The notes below the pieces were generated by a model. The model saw only the letters and a program-made list of their open reading frames with translations, was not told the DNA's origin and searched no databases. From Ignavibacteriota bacterium (GTDB taxonomy: Bacteria > Bacteroidota > Ignavibacteria > UBA10030 > CAVZMI01), in contig CAVZMI010000017.1 of NCBI GenBank assembly GCA_963776275.1, forward strand, positions 1-64,000: a DNA stretch of 64,000 bases, written 5' to 3'. A program made the translations under genes and the position numbers. The number at the start of each line of letters is the position of its first letter. The stretch's first letter is position 1. Below are positions 32,286 to 42,864 of this stretch, in pieces.

Positions 32286-32840
32286 CTACAAACCCTTCGG
32301 ATTTCCTTCAGAACGGAAAACATGGACAAGCTCAAACACCGCGATGCCGTACGCCACCGCAACGTTCAGTGATTGCTTTGTTCCAACCATCGGAATCTCA
32401 ATAGAAATATCGGCTGCCTCAACGAGTCGGTGCGAGACGCCTGTAATCTCGTTTCCAATGATCAGACAGACCGGGAATTGCGACGGAGAGACGGCCGTAT
32501 AAGGAATACTGCGTGTGGTCTGTTCGAGTATACAAATTGTAACGCCACGCTGCTTTAGTTCAAGGACTACTTCAAGCGGATCTTTTCGATATTCCCATGG
32601 AACAGACTCCGTTGCGCCGAGCGCGGTTTTTTCGATTTCTTTTCGCGGCGGATGAGGAGTGAATCCACAGAGAAATAGCTTCTGAATCCAGGCGCCATCT
32701 GATGTCCTGAAAATCGATCCGACGTTATAGAGTGAACGGACACTATCAACAAGCACATAGATGGGGAGACGGGGTGTTGCCTGCAGATTGGTCCGTTGCG
32801 TACGCCGGACGGCGATTTCATCATGTGTTAGTTTTCTCAT
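32286..32840 (-). CDS. TrmH/SpoU family RNA methyltransferase
   Basis: VRSLYNVGSIFRTSD, GNEITG, IEIPM.G.KQSLNVAVA. Confidence 0.95.
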   Translation of the reverse strand: MRKLTHDEIAVRRTQRTNLQATPRLPIYVLVDSVRSLYNVGSIFRTSDGAWIQKLFLCGFTPHPPRKEIEKTALGATESVPWEYRKDPLEVVLELKQRGVTICILEQTTRSIPYTAVSPSQFPVCLIIGNEITGVSHRLVEAADISIEIPMVGTKQSLNVAVAYGIAVFELVHVFRSEGNPKGL

Positions 32841-32958
32841 GTTAAAATATAAGAAAAATTAACACTTTTCACAGTAGCTCCAGAAATTAGATCACACTAT
32901 TGCTTCAAATAAAGAAAATTCGTACATTTTAAAGCTAAGAGAACGATATCAGGGTAGC

Positions 32959-33636
32959 TTGAAGAAGATCATCATTGCCATCGATGGTCCCGCAGCGTCG
33001 GGAAAGAGCACGACAGCCCGTAGAGCCGCCGAGCAACTTGGTTATCTGTACATTGATACCGGTGCTATGTATCGTGCGATTACCTGGCAGGTATTAAGCG
33101 AAAATATCGAACCATCAAATATCGAGGAAATTTCTCGCATTGCAGATAAGATACATGTTCGTCTGAAGACGGATAATAGTTCTTTGAAAGTACTGGTTGA
33201 TGGAAAAGATGTCACGCGGGAAATCCGACTTCCGGAGGTGACGCAGGCCGCCAGCGCTGTGAGTAGCGTTCCACAGGTCAGAGAGGTGATGGTCCGCGAG
33301 CAGCGTGTCATGGGAAAGGAAAAAGGCGTTGTACTCGATGGACGGGATATCGGCACCGTGGTGTTCCCTGAAGCAGAGCTAAAGATTTATTTGATTGCCA
33401 ATCCAAAAGTGCGGGCAGAACGTCGTGCAAGAGAACTGCAGGAACAGGGGATTCCGGTCGATGTAGAGGAAATCGAAAATGAAATTGTGATCCGTGACAA
33501 AAAAGATTCTACACGACAGATGAGCCCTCTCCGGAAAGCCGACGATGCAATCGAACTTGATACATCGTTTCTCAGTATTGAAGAGCAGGTAGAGTTCGTT
33601 GTATCGAAAGCGCGGGAAATTATCGAAAAGTCATGA
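32959..33636 (+). CDS. cmk: Cytidylate kinase
   Basis: AIDGPAASGKST, DTGAMYRA, DGRDIGTVVFP. Confidence 0.98.
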   Translation: MKKIIIAIDGPAASGKSTTARRAAEQLGYLYIDTGAMYRAITWQVLSENIEPSNIEEISRIADKIHVRLKTDNSSLKVLVDGKDVTREIRLPEVTQAASAVSSVPQVREVMVREQRVMGKEKGVVLDGRDIGTVVFPEAELKIYLIANPKVRAERRARELQEQGIPVDVEEIENEIVIRDKKDSTRQMSPLRKADDAIELDTSFLSIEEQVEFVVSKAREIIEKS

Positions 33637-34508
33637 AGATTACCGTTGATATAAATTCCGGTTTTTGCTGGGGTGTAATACGTACAATCGATATCGCCGA
33701 ACAGGAGCTTCAGGAATCCGGTAAGCTCTATTCATTAGGGGCGATCATCCATAACCCTGTCGAAGTTCAACGGCTGGAACGTAAGGGACTTCGAATGATC
33801 TCGCATACAGATTTTGAATCGCTGCGAGGAGCAAAAGTCCTTATTCGTGCACATGGTGAACCTCCGGAAACCTATGAGAAAGCGAAAGCTCTCGGAATTT
33901 CACTGATTGATGCCACGTGTCCGGTGGTTACGAAAGTGCAGGAGCGGATCAAGAAATTTTATGATAATGGTTTTCAGGTCGTCATCTTTGGGAAAAAGAA
34001 CCACGCCGAAGTTATCGGGCTCGTAGGACAGACAAACGGCGAAGCAATCGTCATCAAATCACTCGATGAGATTTCAAAAGTAGATTGCAATCGTAAAACG
34101 GTGCTGTTTTCCCAGACGACAATGGATAAACCGACGTTCTATGCAATCCGCGACGACCTTGCAAGTCGAATAAGAGAATTTGAAGTTTCAACATTTGAAA
34201 ATGAAGCGATTGAGTTTCACGCAAAAGACACCATTTGCGGCCAGGTGTCGGGACGCGAAAAGAAGCTGCGCGAGTTTGCTGCGCATAATGATGTCGTCAT
34301 TTTTGTTGCTGGACGCACGAGCTCGAATGGTGAGAAACTGTTCGCAATTGCCCGGGATGTAAATAAGAACACATATTTTATCGAAGATGTCGGCGAGTTG
34401 CAAAGATCATGGTTTGATGGAAAAGAAAGTGTCGGAATCACAGGGGCGACATCAACGCCCCAATGGCTTATGGAAAAAGTGAAAGGTGCCATCGAGATAA
34501 TTGCATAA
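33633..34508 (+). CDS. ispH: 4-hydroxy-3-methylbut-2-enyl diphosphate reductase
   Basis: GFCWGV, RAHG, DATCPVV, HAEV, DTIC, SSN, GATSTP. Confidence 0.97.
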   Translation: MKITVDINSGFCWGVIRTIDIAEQELQESGKLYSLGAIIHNPVEVQRLERKGLRMISHTDFESLRGAKVLIRAHGEPPETYEKAKALGISLIDATCPVVTKVQERIKKFYDNGFQVVIFGKKNHAEVIGLVGQTNGEAIVIKSLDEISKVDCNRKTVLFSQTTMDKPTFYAIRDDLASRIREFEVSTFENEAIEFHAKDTICGQVSGREKKLREFAAHNDVVIFVAGRTSSNGEKLFAIARDVNKNTYFIEDVGELQRSWFDGKESVGITGATSTPQWLMEKVKGAIEIIA

Positions 34509-34664
34509 AAGTCTATGTCATCACTTAATCAAAATATCAATCACTTACTTACGATGAATCAGTACCACATTGTGGTATTGATCAGTACTCTCTTTATGTT
34601 CACAAAAGCGGCATCCTGATGACAATGTTTGCTCATGTGGAATTGAAGAGATTGTGGAGGTTTA

Positions 34665-36413
34665 ATGGCTGACGAAAAATCCGAGACCTTGTCGAAACCT
34701 ACTGAATTCGACGAGCGTGGTTACTCGGAAGCAGAGTTCAAAGAACTCGAGAAACTGTACGAGAGTACATTAGGTAAAATAAACGAGGGTGAAATTGTCC
34801 GGGGACGTATTGCACACATCGGCGATAACGAAGTATCAATCGATATCGGCTTTAAATCTGAAGGGGTAGTTTCTATCCAGGAATTCCCGAATATCGATGA
34901 GTTGAAGATCGGTGATGAGGTTGAAGTATTCCTCGAAAGCGTTGAAGACAAAGACGGCAAGATGATTCTTTCCCGGAAGCGCGCAGACTTCATGCGCGTG
35001 TGGGAACGGATCACAAAAGCTTTTGACACAGGCGAAGTATTGAAAGGCCGATGTGTTCGGAGAATCAAAGGCGGTATTGTCGTCGACTTAATGGGCATCG
35101 ATGCATTTCTGCCGGGTTCGCAGATTGATATCCGCCCAGTCCGCGATTTCGATGCATTTCTCGGACGGGAACTCGATTTCAAAGTAGTGAAAATTAATCA
35201 TCCATCCGAGAATGTTGTTGTCAGCCATAAAGTGCTTGTTGAAGAAGAAATGGCCGATCAACGCAAGGCTATTCTGAACAGTCTGGAAAAAGGACAAATT
35301 CTGGAAGGAAATGTCAAGGCGATCGCCGACTTCGGTGTGTTTGTTGATCTTGGAGGCGTCGACGGTCTCGTCCATATTACAGATCTCTCGTGGGGACGCG
35401 TCAGTCATCCATCAGAAGTCGTGAAACTTGATCAAACGGTGAACGTCGTTGTTCTCGATTTCGACCAGGAAAAGAAACGCATTTCTCTCGGTATGAAACA
35501 GCTCCAACCGCATCCATGGGAAAAGATCCACGAGAAATACCAGGTCAATCTGAAAGTAACCGGCAAAGTCGTTTCTCTGGCCGATTACGGTGCATTCATC
35601 GAGATCGAGAAGGGAATAGAAGGACTCATTCATATTTCGGAGATGAGCTGGACGCAGCACATTAAACATCCCTCCCAGATGGTTTCGATGGGACAAATGA
35701 TCGATGCAGTTATTCTCAGTATCGATAAGGAAGCAAAGAAAATATCGCTAGGTATGAAACAGCTCGAACCTGATCCATGGCTGACTCTTCTCTCCAAATA
35801 TCCTGTCGGTTCACAACATGTTGGCGTGGTACGAAACCTGACTACCTTCGGCGTGTTTGTCGAGCTTGAAGAGGGTGTCGATGGTCTTGTTCATATCTCA
35901 GATCTCTCATGGACAAAGAAAATCCGCCATCCAGGTGAGGTCGTGAAAAAGGGTGACAAGATCGACGTCGTGATTCTCGGGATCGATGTCGACCAGCGCC
36001 GCATCTCACTCGGTCATAAACAGGTGTCCGAAAATCCGTGGGATGGTTTTGCCGAAACGTACCGTATTGGTACCGATGTGGAAGGAAAGATCGTCAGAAT
36101 CATTGAGAAAGGCATCATTGTTGAGATGCCGCTCGGTGTCGATGGATTTGTCCCGGTGTCGCAGCTTTCACAGACTCCGGTGAAAAATATTGCCGACTCG
36201 TTCAACGTCGGTGATTCTATCCCTCTTCGTGTCATTGAATTTGATAAGGAGAGCAAGAAAATCGTCCTCTCTGTACTCGAATATCTGCGTGGGAAAGATC
36301 AAAACACCCTTAATGATTATGTGGAAAAGCACAAGCTTGCTCCAATGACATTGAAGGATGTAGCGGTTGGTGCGGAAAAAATCGATATCAGCACAGTTCC
36401 AAGCACAAACTAG
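34665..36413 (+). CDS. rpsA: 30S ribosomal protein S1
   Basis: Six S1 repeats: DIGFKSEG, FLPGSQID, FGVFVDLGGVDGLVHITD. Confidence 0.99.
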   Translation: MADEKSETLSKPTEFDERGYSEAEFKELEKLYESTLGKINEGEIVRGRIAHIGDNEVSIDIGFKSEGVVSIQEFPNIDELKIGDEVEVFLESVEDKDGKMILSRKRADFMRVWERITKAFDTGEVLKGRCVRRIKGGIVVDLMGIDAFLPGSQIDIRPVRDFDAFLGRELDFKVVKINHPSENVVVSHKVLVEEEMADQRKAILNSLEKGQILEGNVKAIADFGVFVDLGGVDGLVHITDLSWGRVSHPSEVVKLDQTVNVVVLDFDQEKKRISLGMKQLQPHPWEKIHEKYQVNLKVTGKVVSLADYGAFIEIEKGIEGLIHISEMSWTQHIKHPSQMVSMGQMIDAVILSIDKEAKKISLGMKQLEPDPWLTLLSKYPVGSQHVGVVRNLTTFGVFVELEEGVDGLVHISDLSWTKKIRHPGEVVKKGDKIDVVILGIDVDQRRISLGHKQVSENPWDGFAETYRIGTDVEGKIVRIIEKGIIVEMPLGVDGFVPVSQLSQTPVKNIADSFNVGDSIPLRVIEFDKESKKIVLSVLEYLRGKDQNTLNDYVEKHKLAPMTLKDVAVGAEKIDISTVPSTN

Positions 36414-36473
36414 CTGCCCTGCAAATGAGAGTTGGAGTGGTACAAGGAAGAAATAAAGTGCAAGTGTAATGAC

Positions 36474-36514
36474 GAAGGGGTTGGTTCTCGTTCACAGAGG
36501 GTCGACTCCTTTTT
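36474..36514 (+). terminator. Intrinsic terminator after rpsA
   Basis: AAGGGGTTGGTTCTC...GAGGGTCGACTCCTT followed by a T-run. Confidence 0.65.
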
Positions 36515-36544
36515 GTTCTGTGACAAACGATTGGAATTGCAGAG

Positions 36545-37852
36545 GTGAAGAAACGAGTCGCACTGCAGACATTGGGATGCAAACTCAATTATGCAGAGAC
36601 ATCATTGTTTGCTGAACAGTTTGTTGAGAGGGGATTCGATCTCGTCGATTCACATCATGCGGCCGATATCTACGTGCTAAACACCTGTTCCGTGACTGAA
36701 CGGGCGAATCGGGAATGCCGGCAGATTATCCGTCGGATGCACCGGCAGTCGCCTGACGCAACCATTGTCGTGGTGGGTTGTTACGCACAGCTTGAACCGC
36801 AGCATGTTGCATCGATCGAAGGAGTCGATCTAATCCTGGGGGCAAAAGAGAAATTTTCGGTTGTTGATTTTCTCGACAATTTTGAACGACCTCAAGCACC
36901 GCAGATTCACGTCGGCTGTATCGAAGATGCAAATGTTTTTAGATCTGCATACTCGACATCTCTGAGAAATCGGACTCGCGCTTTTCTGAAAATACAGGAT
37001 GGATGTGACTATACATGCAGCTATTGCACAATTCCGATGGCCCGCGGTGCAAGCCGAAGTCAGGATATACAAACAACTGTTTCGCAGGCGAACAGTATTG
37101 TGCATAGTGGATTTCGCGAGATTGTCCTGACCGGTGTGAATGTTGGAGATTACGGACGAAAAACAGACACATCACTGTTGAGTCTTCTCCAACACCTCGA
37201 GAAGGTGGAAGGATTAGAGCGGATCCGAATAAGTTCTATCGAGCCGAACTTACTTGACGATGACCTTCTCCGGCATATTAAGGGCTCATCAAAAATCTGC
37301 CATCATTTTCATATCCCCTTGCAGAGCGGTCATGATGCAATCCTGAAAGCGATGCGGCGAAGGTATTGCACAGCTGAATATGTAAGATTGATCAATTCAG
37401 TTCGCACACTTTTTCCAGACGCGGGTATTGGAGTTGATGTTATCGTCGGTTTCCCGGGTGAATCCGATGAACACTTTGCGGCAACACATACATTGCTGGC
37501 AGAACTTCCGGTATCGTATCTCCATGTGTTCAGTTATTCAGAACGACCGAATACACATGCGGCGACGATCGCGGATACCGTAAACCCGGCTGTACGTACG
37601 CGACGAAGCGACGCACTCCGTGCTCTTTCAATGAGGAAAAAACAAGATTTTTATCGTGTGTATGTCGGAAAATGTGTCGATGTTCTTATTGAAGAGTCGA
37701 TAGACGATGGAATGATGGAGGGATTTACGGGTAATTATATACGAGTCAAAATTCCTGCAAATCCGCTGTATGGAAATCACATACTTCCGGTACGGTTGAC
37801 CTCGTATGATCCTGAATCGGAAGTGTGTCACGGCGAAGTCGCCGCAGTGTAA
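36545..37852 (+). CDS. mtaB: tRNA t6A37 methylthiotransferase
   Basis: TLGCKLN..E, NTCSVT, KIQDGCDYTCSYC radical SAM motif, RISSIEP. Confidence 0.96.
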   Translation: MKKRVALQTLGCKLNYAETSLFAEQFVERGFDLVDSHHAADIYVLNTCSVTERANRECRQIIRRMHRQSPDATIVVVGCYAQLEPQHVASIEGVDLILGAKEKFSVVDFLDNFERPQAPQIHVGCIEDANVFRSAYSTSLRNRTRAFLKIQDGCDYTCSYCTIPMARGASRSQDIQTTVSQANSIVHSGFREIVLTGVNVGDYGRKTDTSLLSLLQHLEKVEGLERIRISSIEPNLLDDDLLRHIKGSSKICHHFHIPLQSGHDAILKAMRRRYCTAEYVRLINSVRTLFPDAGIGVDVIVGFPGESDEHFAATHTLLAELPVSYLHVFSYSERPNTHAATIADTVNPAVRTRRSDALRALSMRKKQDFYRVYVGKCVDVLIEESIDDGMMEGFTGNYIRVKIPANPLYGNHILPVRLTSYDPESEVCHGEVAAV

Positions 37853-37923
37853 CGAAGAGAGTCGTCCAAGCGTCTTCTGGAAGGAGTATTTCCTATCAAC
37901 AATCACTTGAAACCGTAGGCAGA

Positions 37924-38691
37924 ATGAAGACTATATTGTTTTTCACATTGATGGGAACGTTCCTTCTCTCGGAAGGAATCTTTGCGCAGGCTGAGAATCG
38001 GCAGAACGTTTACCAGCAATTAATCACGACCTCGATTTTACAACAATCAGCGGCGGCAGATTTTCGCCCGGTGTTTAATGAGACCGATGGAAATCAGAGA
38101 AAATCTATATTTCGCGCTGTGATATACTCATTGATTCTCCCCGGAGCCGGTGAGTATTATGCCGAGGGTTACTCGCGTGGAAAATATTTTACAATTGCAG
38201 AAGGCGGATTGTGGCTGACCTATGCAGGTTTTCAGATATACGGAACCCATATCCAGAGCGATGCACGCCGCTATGCTGCAATCTATGCCGGTATTCAGAG
38301 CGAAGGGAAAGACGATAACTACTTCGTCGATATAGGAAATTACGACAACATATATCAGTACAACGAAAAAAAATTGCAGGATCGAAGAATTGATCTTCTT
38401 TATGATCCATCGGCAGGGTATGCCTGGCAGTGGACGAGCGCAGTCGAACGGCAACGCTATCGCGATCTTCGAATATCATCGAGCAATATCCTTTATAATT
38501 CACGATTTGTTATTGCGGTGATTATCGCAAATCATATAGCAAGTGCAATCAGCGCCGGAAAGGCTGCTTCTGATTTTAACAAAGCACTCTCTGGAACGGT
38601 GGGGAACTGGCAATGGCGTCTCTGTCCGCAGGTCGTGATGACCTCGGGCATTCCTGACGGCTTTTCTTTGGGAATCGAAAGCCGCTTTTAA
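37924..38691 (+). CDS. Secreted/outer-membrane hypothetical protein (DUF5683-like N-terminus)
   Basis: Signal peptide, KS..RA..YSLILPGAGEYY, C-terminal F. Confidence 0.6.
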   Translation: MKTILFFTLMGTFLLSEGIFAQAENRQNVYQQLITTSILQQSAAADFRPVFNETDGNQRKSIFRAVIYSLILPGAGEYYAEGYSRGKYFTIAEGGLWLTYAGFQIYGTHIQSDARRYAAIYAGIQSEGKDDNYFVDIGNYDNIYQYNEKKLQDRRIDLLYDPSAGYAWQWTSAVERQRYRDLRISSSNILYNSRFVIAVIIANHIASAISAGKAASDFNKALSGTVGNWQWRLCPQVVMTSGIPDGFSLGIESRF

Positions 38692-38708
38692 GAACAGCAA
38701 CATCTCAT

Positions 38709-38736
38709 GGGCCCCGATTCCTTCGGGGCTTTTTCT
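38709..38736 (+). terminator. Intrinsic terminator
   Basis: GCCCCGA-TTCCT-TCGGGGC-TTTTT. Confidence 0.7.
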
Positions 38737-38739
38737 TCT

Positions 38740-39480
38740 ATGGCGATACCATTAAGAGCTCTGAAATTAACTATCGAATACGACGGCACAGATTTCGTCG
38801 GCTGGCAAATCCAGCAGAACGGGCGTAGTGTCCAGGCGGAAATCGAGCGGGCATTCAATCAGATTCTACAGGAACAACATTCAGTCATCGGATCGGGCAG
38901 AACCGATGCTGGGGTCCATGCCCGCGCTCAGGTAGCGCATTGCCATATTACAGCATCAATCGACGTACGCGATCTCCAGCATTCCCTCAACAGTGTACTG
39001 CCAGAAGATGTAACGATGATTAATATCGAAGAAGTTCCGGAAAGCTTCCATGCGCGGTATTCAGCCGTTGAACGACGATATAAATATTTCGTTTCGACAC
39101 AACAAAGTCCTCTTCAGCGTCGGTACGAATGGTGGGTAAAATACAAGATGGATCTCGGACAGATGAACCGGTGTGCGGAGCTCATTCGCGGTGATCACGA
39201 TTTCGCCTCTTTCTGCCGGACAAAATCAGCGGTCAATCATCACCGCTGTATGGTAAAAAATGCCGTGTGGATCTCCGATGAACGTCGCTGCATCTTTGAT
39301 ATCACTGCAGACCGTTTCCTCCATGGTATGGTACGAACGCTGGTCGGTACAATGATTGACGTCGGACGCGCATTCATCTCTTTTGAAGATTTTTTCCATA
39401 TCCTCGAAGAACGCGATCGACGGGCTGCACGTATGACTGCACCTCCCCAAGGACTATTTCTCTGGGAAGTGAAGTATTAA
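38740..39480 (+). CDS. truA: tRNA pseudouridine(38-40) synthase
   Basis: YDGTDFVGWQ, GRTDAGVHA, FHARYSA, FLHGMVR, TAPPQGL. Confidence 0.98.
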   Translation: MAIPLRALKLTIEYDGTDFVGWQIQQNGRSVQAEIERAFNQILQEQHSVIGSGRTDAGVHARAQVAHCHITASIDVRDLQHSLNSVLPEDVTMINIEEVPESFHARYSAVERRYKYFVSTQQSPLQRRYEWWVKYKMDLGQMNRCAELIRGDHDFASFCRTKSAVNHHRCMVKNAVWISDERRCIFDITADRFLHGMVRTLVGTMIDVGRAFISFEDFFHILEERDRRAARMTAPPQGLFLWEVKY

Positions 39481-39547
39481 GACATTCGTTGATTCTCTAA
39501 ACGGAATCATGTACATTGCACTATGCTGAACAAATAATGGATAAACG

Positions 39548-40564
39548 ATGATTTCACAAGCAATAACTCTTCTTGCTCATGGAAAGAATCTACAACAGGA
39601 CATCGCATATGGTGCGATGGTCCAGATTTTTTCCGGTGAAGCAACACCCGTTCAGATTGCCAGCTTTCTAACAGCCCTGCGAGTGAAAGGGGAGAGTGTC
39701 GAGGAAATCACGGCCTGTGCAAGAGTAATGCGCGAAAAAGCCACCCGTATTACGTCCAACCATCCTGTCATCCTTGATACATGTGGGACAGGGGGTGATG
39801 GCGGAAACACATTCAATATTTCCACCGCAGCGGCAATTGTCGCGGCAGGAGCCGGAGCAATCGTTGCAAAACACGGAAACAGGGCTATTTCGAGTAAATG
39901 TGGAAGCTCCGATGTTCTTAAAGCGCTTGGAGTGAATGTAGAACAAACCACACCAGAAGTAATGAAACGCTGCCTGGATGAGATCGGCATTGCATTTCTC
40001 TTTGCACCATTGCTTCACGGTGCAATGAAATATGCCGCCCCCATAAGACGCGAACTTGGATTTCGGACAATATTCAATATTCTCGGGCCGCTCACAAATC
40101 CGGCCGGGGCAACCCGGCAGCTTATCGGTGTCTATGATGCTTCATTAACACGGCCTATTGCCGAAGTCTTGTGTAATCTTGGAACCGAACATGCGTTGGT
40201 TGTCCATGGTGCAGGCGGTTTTGATGAAATATCGACACTCGGAATCACGAAAGTTAATGAAGTTAAGGATGGACGTATCCTGAGTTATGAAATCAAACCG
40301 GAGGAATTCGGTTTTGATATTCCGCAGCTTCATGATCTTCTTGGCGGGGATGCCGATCACAATGCGCACATTCTTCAGAAAATATTTGAAGGAGAGCGTG
40401 GACCCCGCCGTGATATAACAGTCCTGAACGCCGGCGCCGCATTGATGGTTACGGGTTTGGCATCATCTATCAAAGAGGGAATTCAGCGCGCACAATCAGC
40501 AATTGATGATGGAAGTGCAGTAAAGAAACTTGATCGGCTTCGTGAATTAACACATAAAGGATGA
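39548..40564 (+). CDS. trpD: Anthranilate phosphoribosyltransferase
   Basis: DTCGTGGDG..TFNIST, KHGNR, RTIFNILGPLTNP. Confidence 0.98.
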   Translation: MISQAITLLAHGKNLQQDIAYGAMVQIFSGEATPVQIASFLTALRVKGESVEEITACARVMREKATRITSNHPVILDTCGTGGDGGNTFNISTAAAIVAAGAGAIVAKHGNRAISSKCGSSDVLKALGVNVEQTTPEVMKRCLDEIGIAFLFAPLLHGAMKYAAPIRRELGFRTIFNILGPLTNPAGATRQLIGVYDASLTRPIAEVLCNLGTEHALVVHGAGGFDEISTLGITKVNEVKDGRILSYEIKPEEFGFDIPQLHDLLGGDADHNAHILQKIFEGERGPRRDITVLNAGAALMVTGLASSIKEGIQRAQSAIDDGSAVKKLDRLRELTHKG

Positions 40565-41469
40565 ATGCTATGAAGTACCGCACCCTCGGAAGAACAGGAC
40601 TTCGCGTTTCAGAAATCGGCTTTGGAGCACTTGAGATCGGGCGGTCGTGGGGAATGGCTGCTGGCGGAACGGCAAATCCTCCAACGGAACAGGAAGCGAT
40701 TTCGGTTATTCATAAAGCCATCGATCTTGGGATCACATTTTTTGATACCGCACCAGCCTACCAGATGAGCGAAGAACGACTTGGAAAGGCACTGGTTGGG
40801 AAACGTGATAAAATTGTCCTTGCAACAAAGTGTGGAGAATGGTTTGACGTTTCATCTGTCTACGATTATTCAACGAAAGGGACCGAAAAGTTCGTTGAGA
40901 AGAGCCTGATCAATCTCCGGACAAATGTTCTTGATCTTGTTCAAATTCACAGCGGGACTCTTGACGTTGTGCGAAACAATGAAGCATATGAAGGATTACG
41001 AAAAGCGCGCGATGCAGGAAAAATCCGGTATATCGGCATCAGCGTGGATGATAACGAAACAGCCATCGCGGCGATCAAACACGGCGGTTTCGATACTGTC
41101 CAACCGAGTTATCATATGCTGCGACGCGGTATTGAGCCCGAAGTGCTTCCCCTTGCGATGAAAAATAACATCGGGATCATTATCAAGGATCCTGTCTATC
41201 GTGGAAGGTTAACATCAAAGTATGTATATTTAGAAGAATCTGCTGAGAAAAGCGTCATAACACAGCTTGATACCACTGCCAGATCATATGGAATGACACT
41301 CACTCAGTTAGCACTCCGCTTTATTCTCACGCATGATGCGGTGTCAACGATCATCGCTGGAACAAAACGGGCCGAGCATCTTGAAGAGAATGTACAAGCA
41401 TCAGACGGAAAGAAAATGGAAGAAACACTGCATAGGCGAATTCGAGAACTTCTCCATACTATACCATGA
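40561..41469 (+). CDS. Aldo/keto reductase
   Basis: LGRTGLRVSEIGFG, FDTAPAY, ATK, DLVQIH. Confidence 0.95.
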   Translation: MNAMKYRTLGRTGLRVSEIGFGALEIGRSWGMAAGGTANPPTEQEAISVIHKAIDLGITFFDTAPAYQMSEERLGKALVGKRDKIVLATKCGEWFDVSSVYDYSTKGTEKFVEKSLINLRTNVLDLVQIHSGTLDVVRNNEAYEGLRKARDAGKIRYIGISVDDNETAIAAIKHGGFDTVQPSYHMLRRGIEPEVLPLAMKNNIGIIIKDPVYRGRLTSKYVYLEESAEKSVITQLDTTARSYGMTLTQLALRFILTHDAVSTIIAGTKRAEHLEENVQASDGKKMEETLHRRIRELLHTIP

Positions 41470-42812
41470 ATGAGGTGTGGTTAGATATTCTCTTGATATT
41501 TTTCCTAATCCTGCTCAACGGATTCTTTGCGGGGAGCGAGATAGCTATCGTCGCGACACGAAAAAGCAGGATAAAGGAATTGATTGAAAAGGGAATTCAC
41601 AGGGCGAAAAGAGTGGAGAAGCTCCAATCGTCCCCCGATACCTTCATTGCCACAACGCAAATTGGAATGACGATTGTGGGTACGCTCGCCTCTGCGCTCG
41701 CCGGTGTTACAGCAGTTGAATATCTCAAACCTCTCATTGCTTCAATTCCGGTATTTGCCGGTTCGGCTGAAACAATCTCACTTATCATTGTCGTCCTGGT
41801 ATTATCATTTTTAATGCTTGTTTTTGGCGAGCTCGTTCCGAAATCAATCGGACTCCGATATTCGGTTCGTGTCGCACTCGTTATAGCGAGTCCGATTTTG
41901 TTGTTGTCTCGATTGTTCCGTTTTCTTATACGATCGTTGACTTTCACAAGCAATCTTTTTTTAAAACCTCTTCATGATAAGACGAGCTTTTCTGAATCAA
42001 GAATATCAGAAGAGGAATTTAAACTTCTTCTCGAAGAAGGAACGAAGACGGGGGTTTTTGATAAAACCGAACATGAACTTATCTCCAGCATCTTTGAATT
42101 CACCGATACCATCGCAAAAGAGGTCATGGTTCCACGTCCCGACGTGGTTGCGATTGATGTGGACACCAAGCGTGAAGATCTCATTCATATAGTTTCAGAA
42201 CAGGGATATTCGCGCATGCCGGTGTACCGGCAGACGCTTGACAATATTATTGGCGTGATTTATACAAAAGATCTGCTGACGCTCCTCGAACATAGAGATC
42301 TGATCATACTTCAGGATATCATCCGTCCGGTCATGTTCGTTCCATCAACGAAAAAGATCAGCCATCTTCTCCGCGAGTTACAGTCGAAGAAACTTCACAT
42401 GGCTATCGTCGTTGACGAGTTCGGAACGATCGACGGTATCATTACGATGGAAGATATACTTGAGGAAATCGTTGGCGAGATCCATGATGAATATGATGAA
42501 GAAGTCAAAGAGATAGAGACTTCGGCCGACGGCTCTGTCGTAGTTGATGCTCGGATTACCATCGACGACTTCAATAAACGGTTCGGGACCGAAATACCCG
42601 AAGATGCAGATTATGAATCGATCAGCGGATTCCTTTTAAAAATATCCGGAAAGATTCCAGAAGTGAATGATGAAATACGGTACAGTGGACTTTCATTCAT
42701 TGTTACAAAGAAAAGCCAACGGCGGATATGGCAAATAAAGGTGAAGGGAATTGCAGAATATCAGGCCAGAAAAAAGGACGAAACCTCTTCCCAGGAAATA
42801 AGACCCTCATGA
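41466..42812 (+). CDS. Hemolysin-family CNNM-CBS-CorC protein
   Basis: NGFFAGSEIA, GELVPK, YSRMPVY, VVDEFG..GIITMEDILEEIVGEI. Confidence 0.96.
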   Translation: MNEVWLDILLIFFLILLNGFFAGSEIAIVATRKSRIKELIEKGIHRAKRVEKLQSSPDTFIATTQIGMTIVGTLASALAGVTAVEYLKPLIASIPVFAGSAETISLIIVVLVLSFLMLVFGELVPKSIGLRYSVRVALVIASPILLLSRLFRFLIRSLTFTSNLFLKPLHDKTSFSESRISEEEFKLLLEEGTKTGVFDKTEHELISSIFEFTDTIAKEVMVPRPDVVAIDVDTKREDLIHIVSEQGYSRMPVYRQTLDNIIGVIYTKDLLTLLEHRDLIILQDIIRPVMFVPSTKKISHLLRELQSKKLHMAIVVDEFGTIDGIITMEDILEEIVGEIHDEYDEEVKEIETSADGSVVVDARITIDDFNKRFGTEIPEDADYESISGFLLKISGKIPEVNDEIRYSGLSFIVTKKSQRRIWQIKVKGIAEYQARKKDETSSQEIRPS

Positions 42813-42864
42813 TCGATCCTAACATCCTGTTCGAATATGGAGTGGCTATAATATGTGAGAATGG

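Noticed and set aside
34665-36413. Internal DNA repeats in rpsA
   Set aside because: They are explained by the tandem S1 domains.
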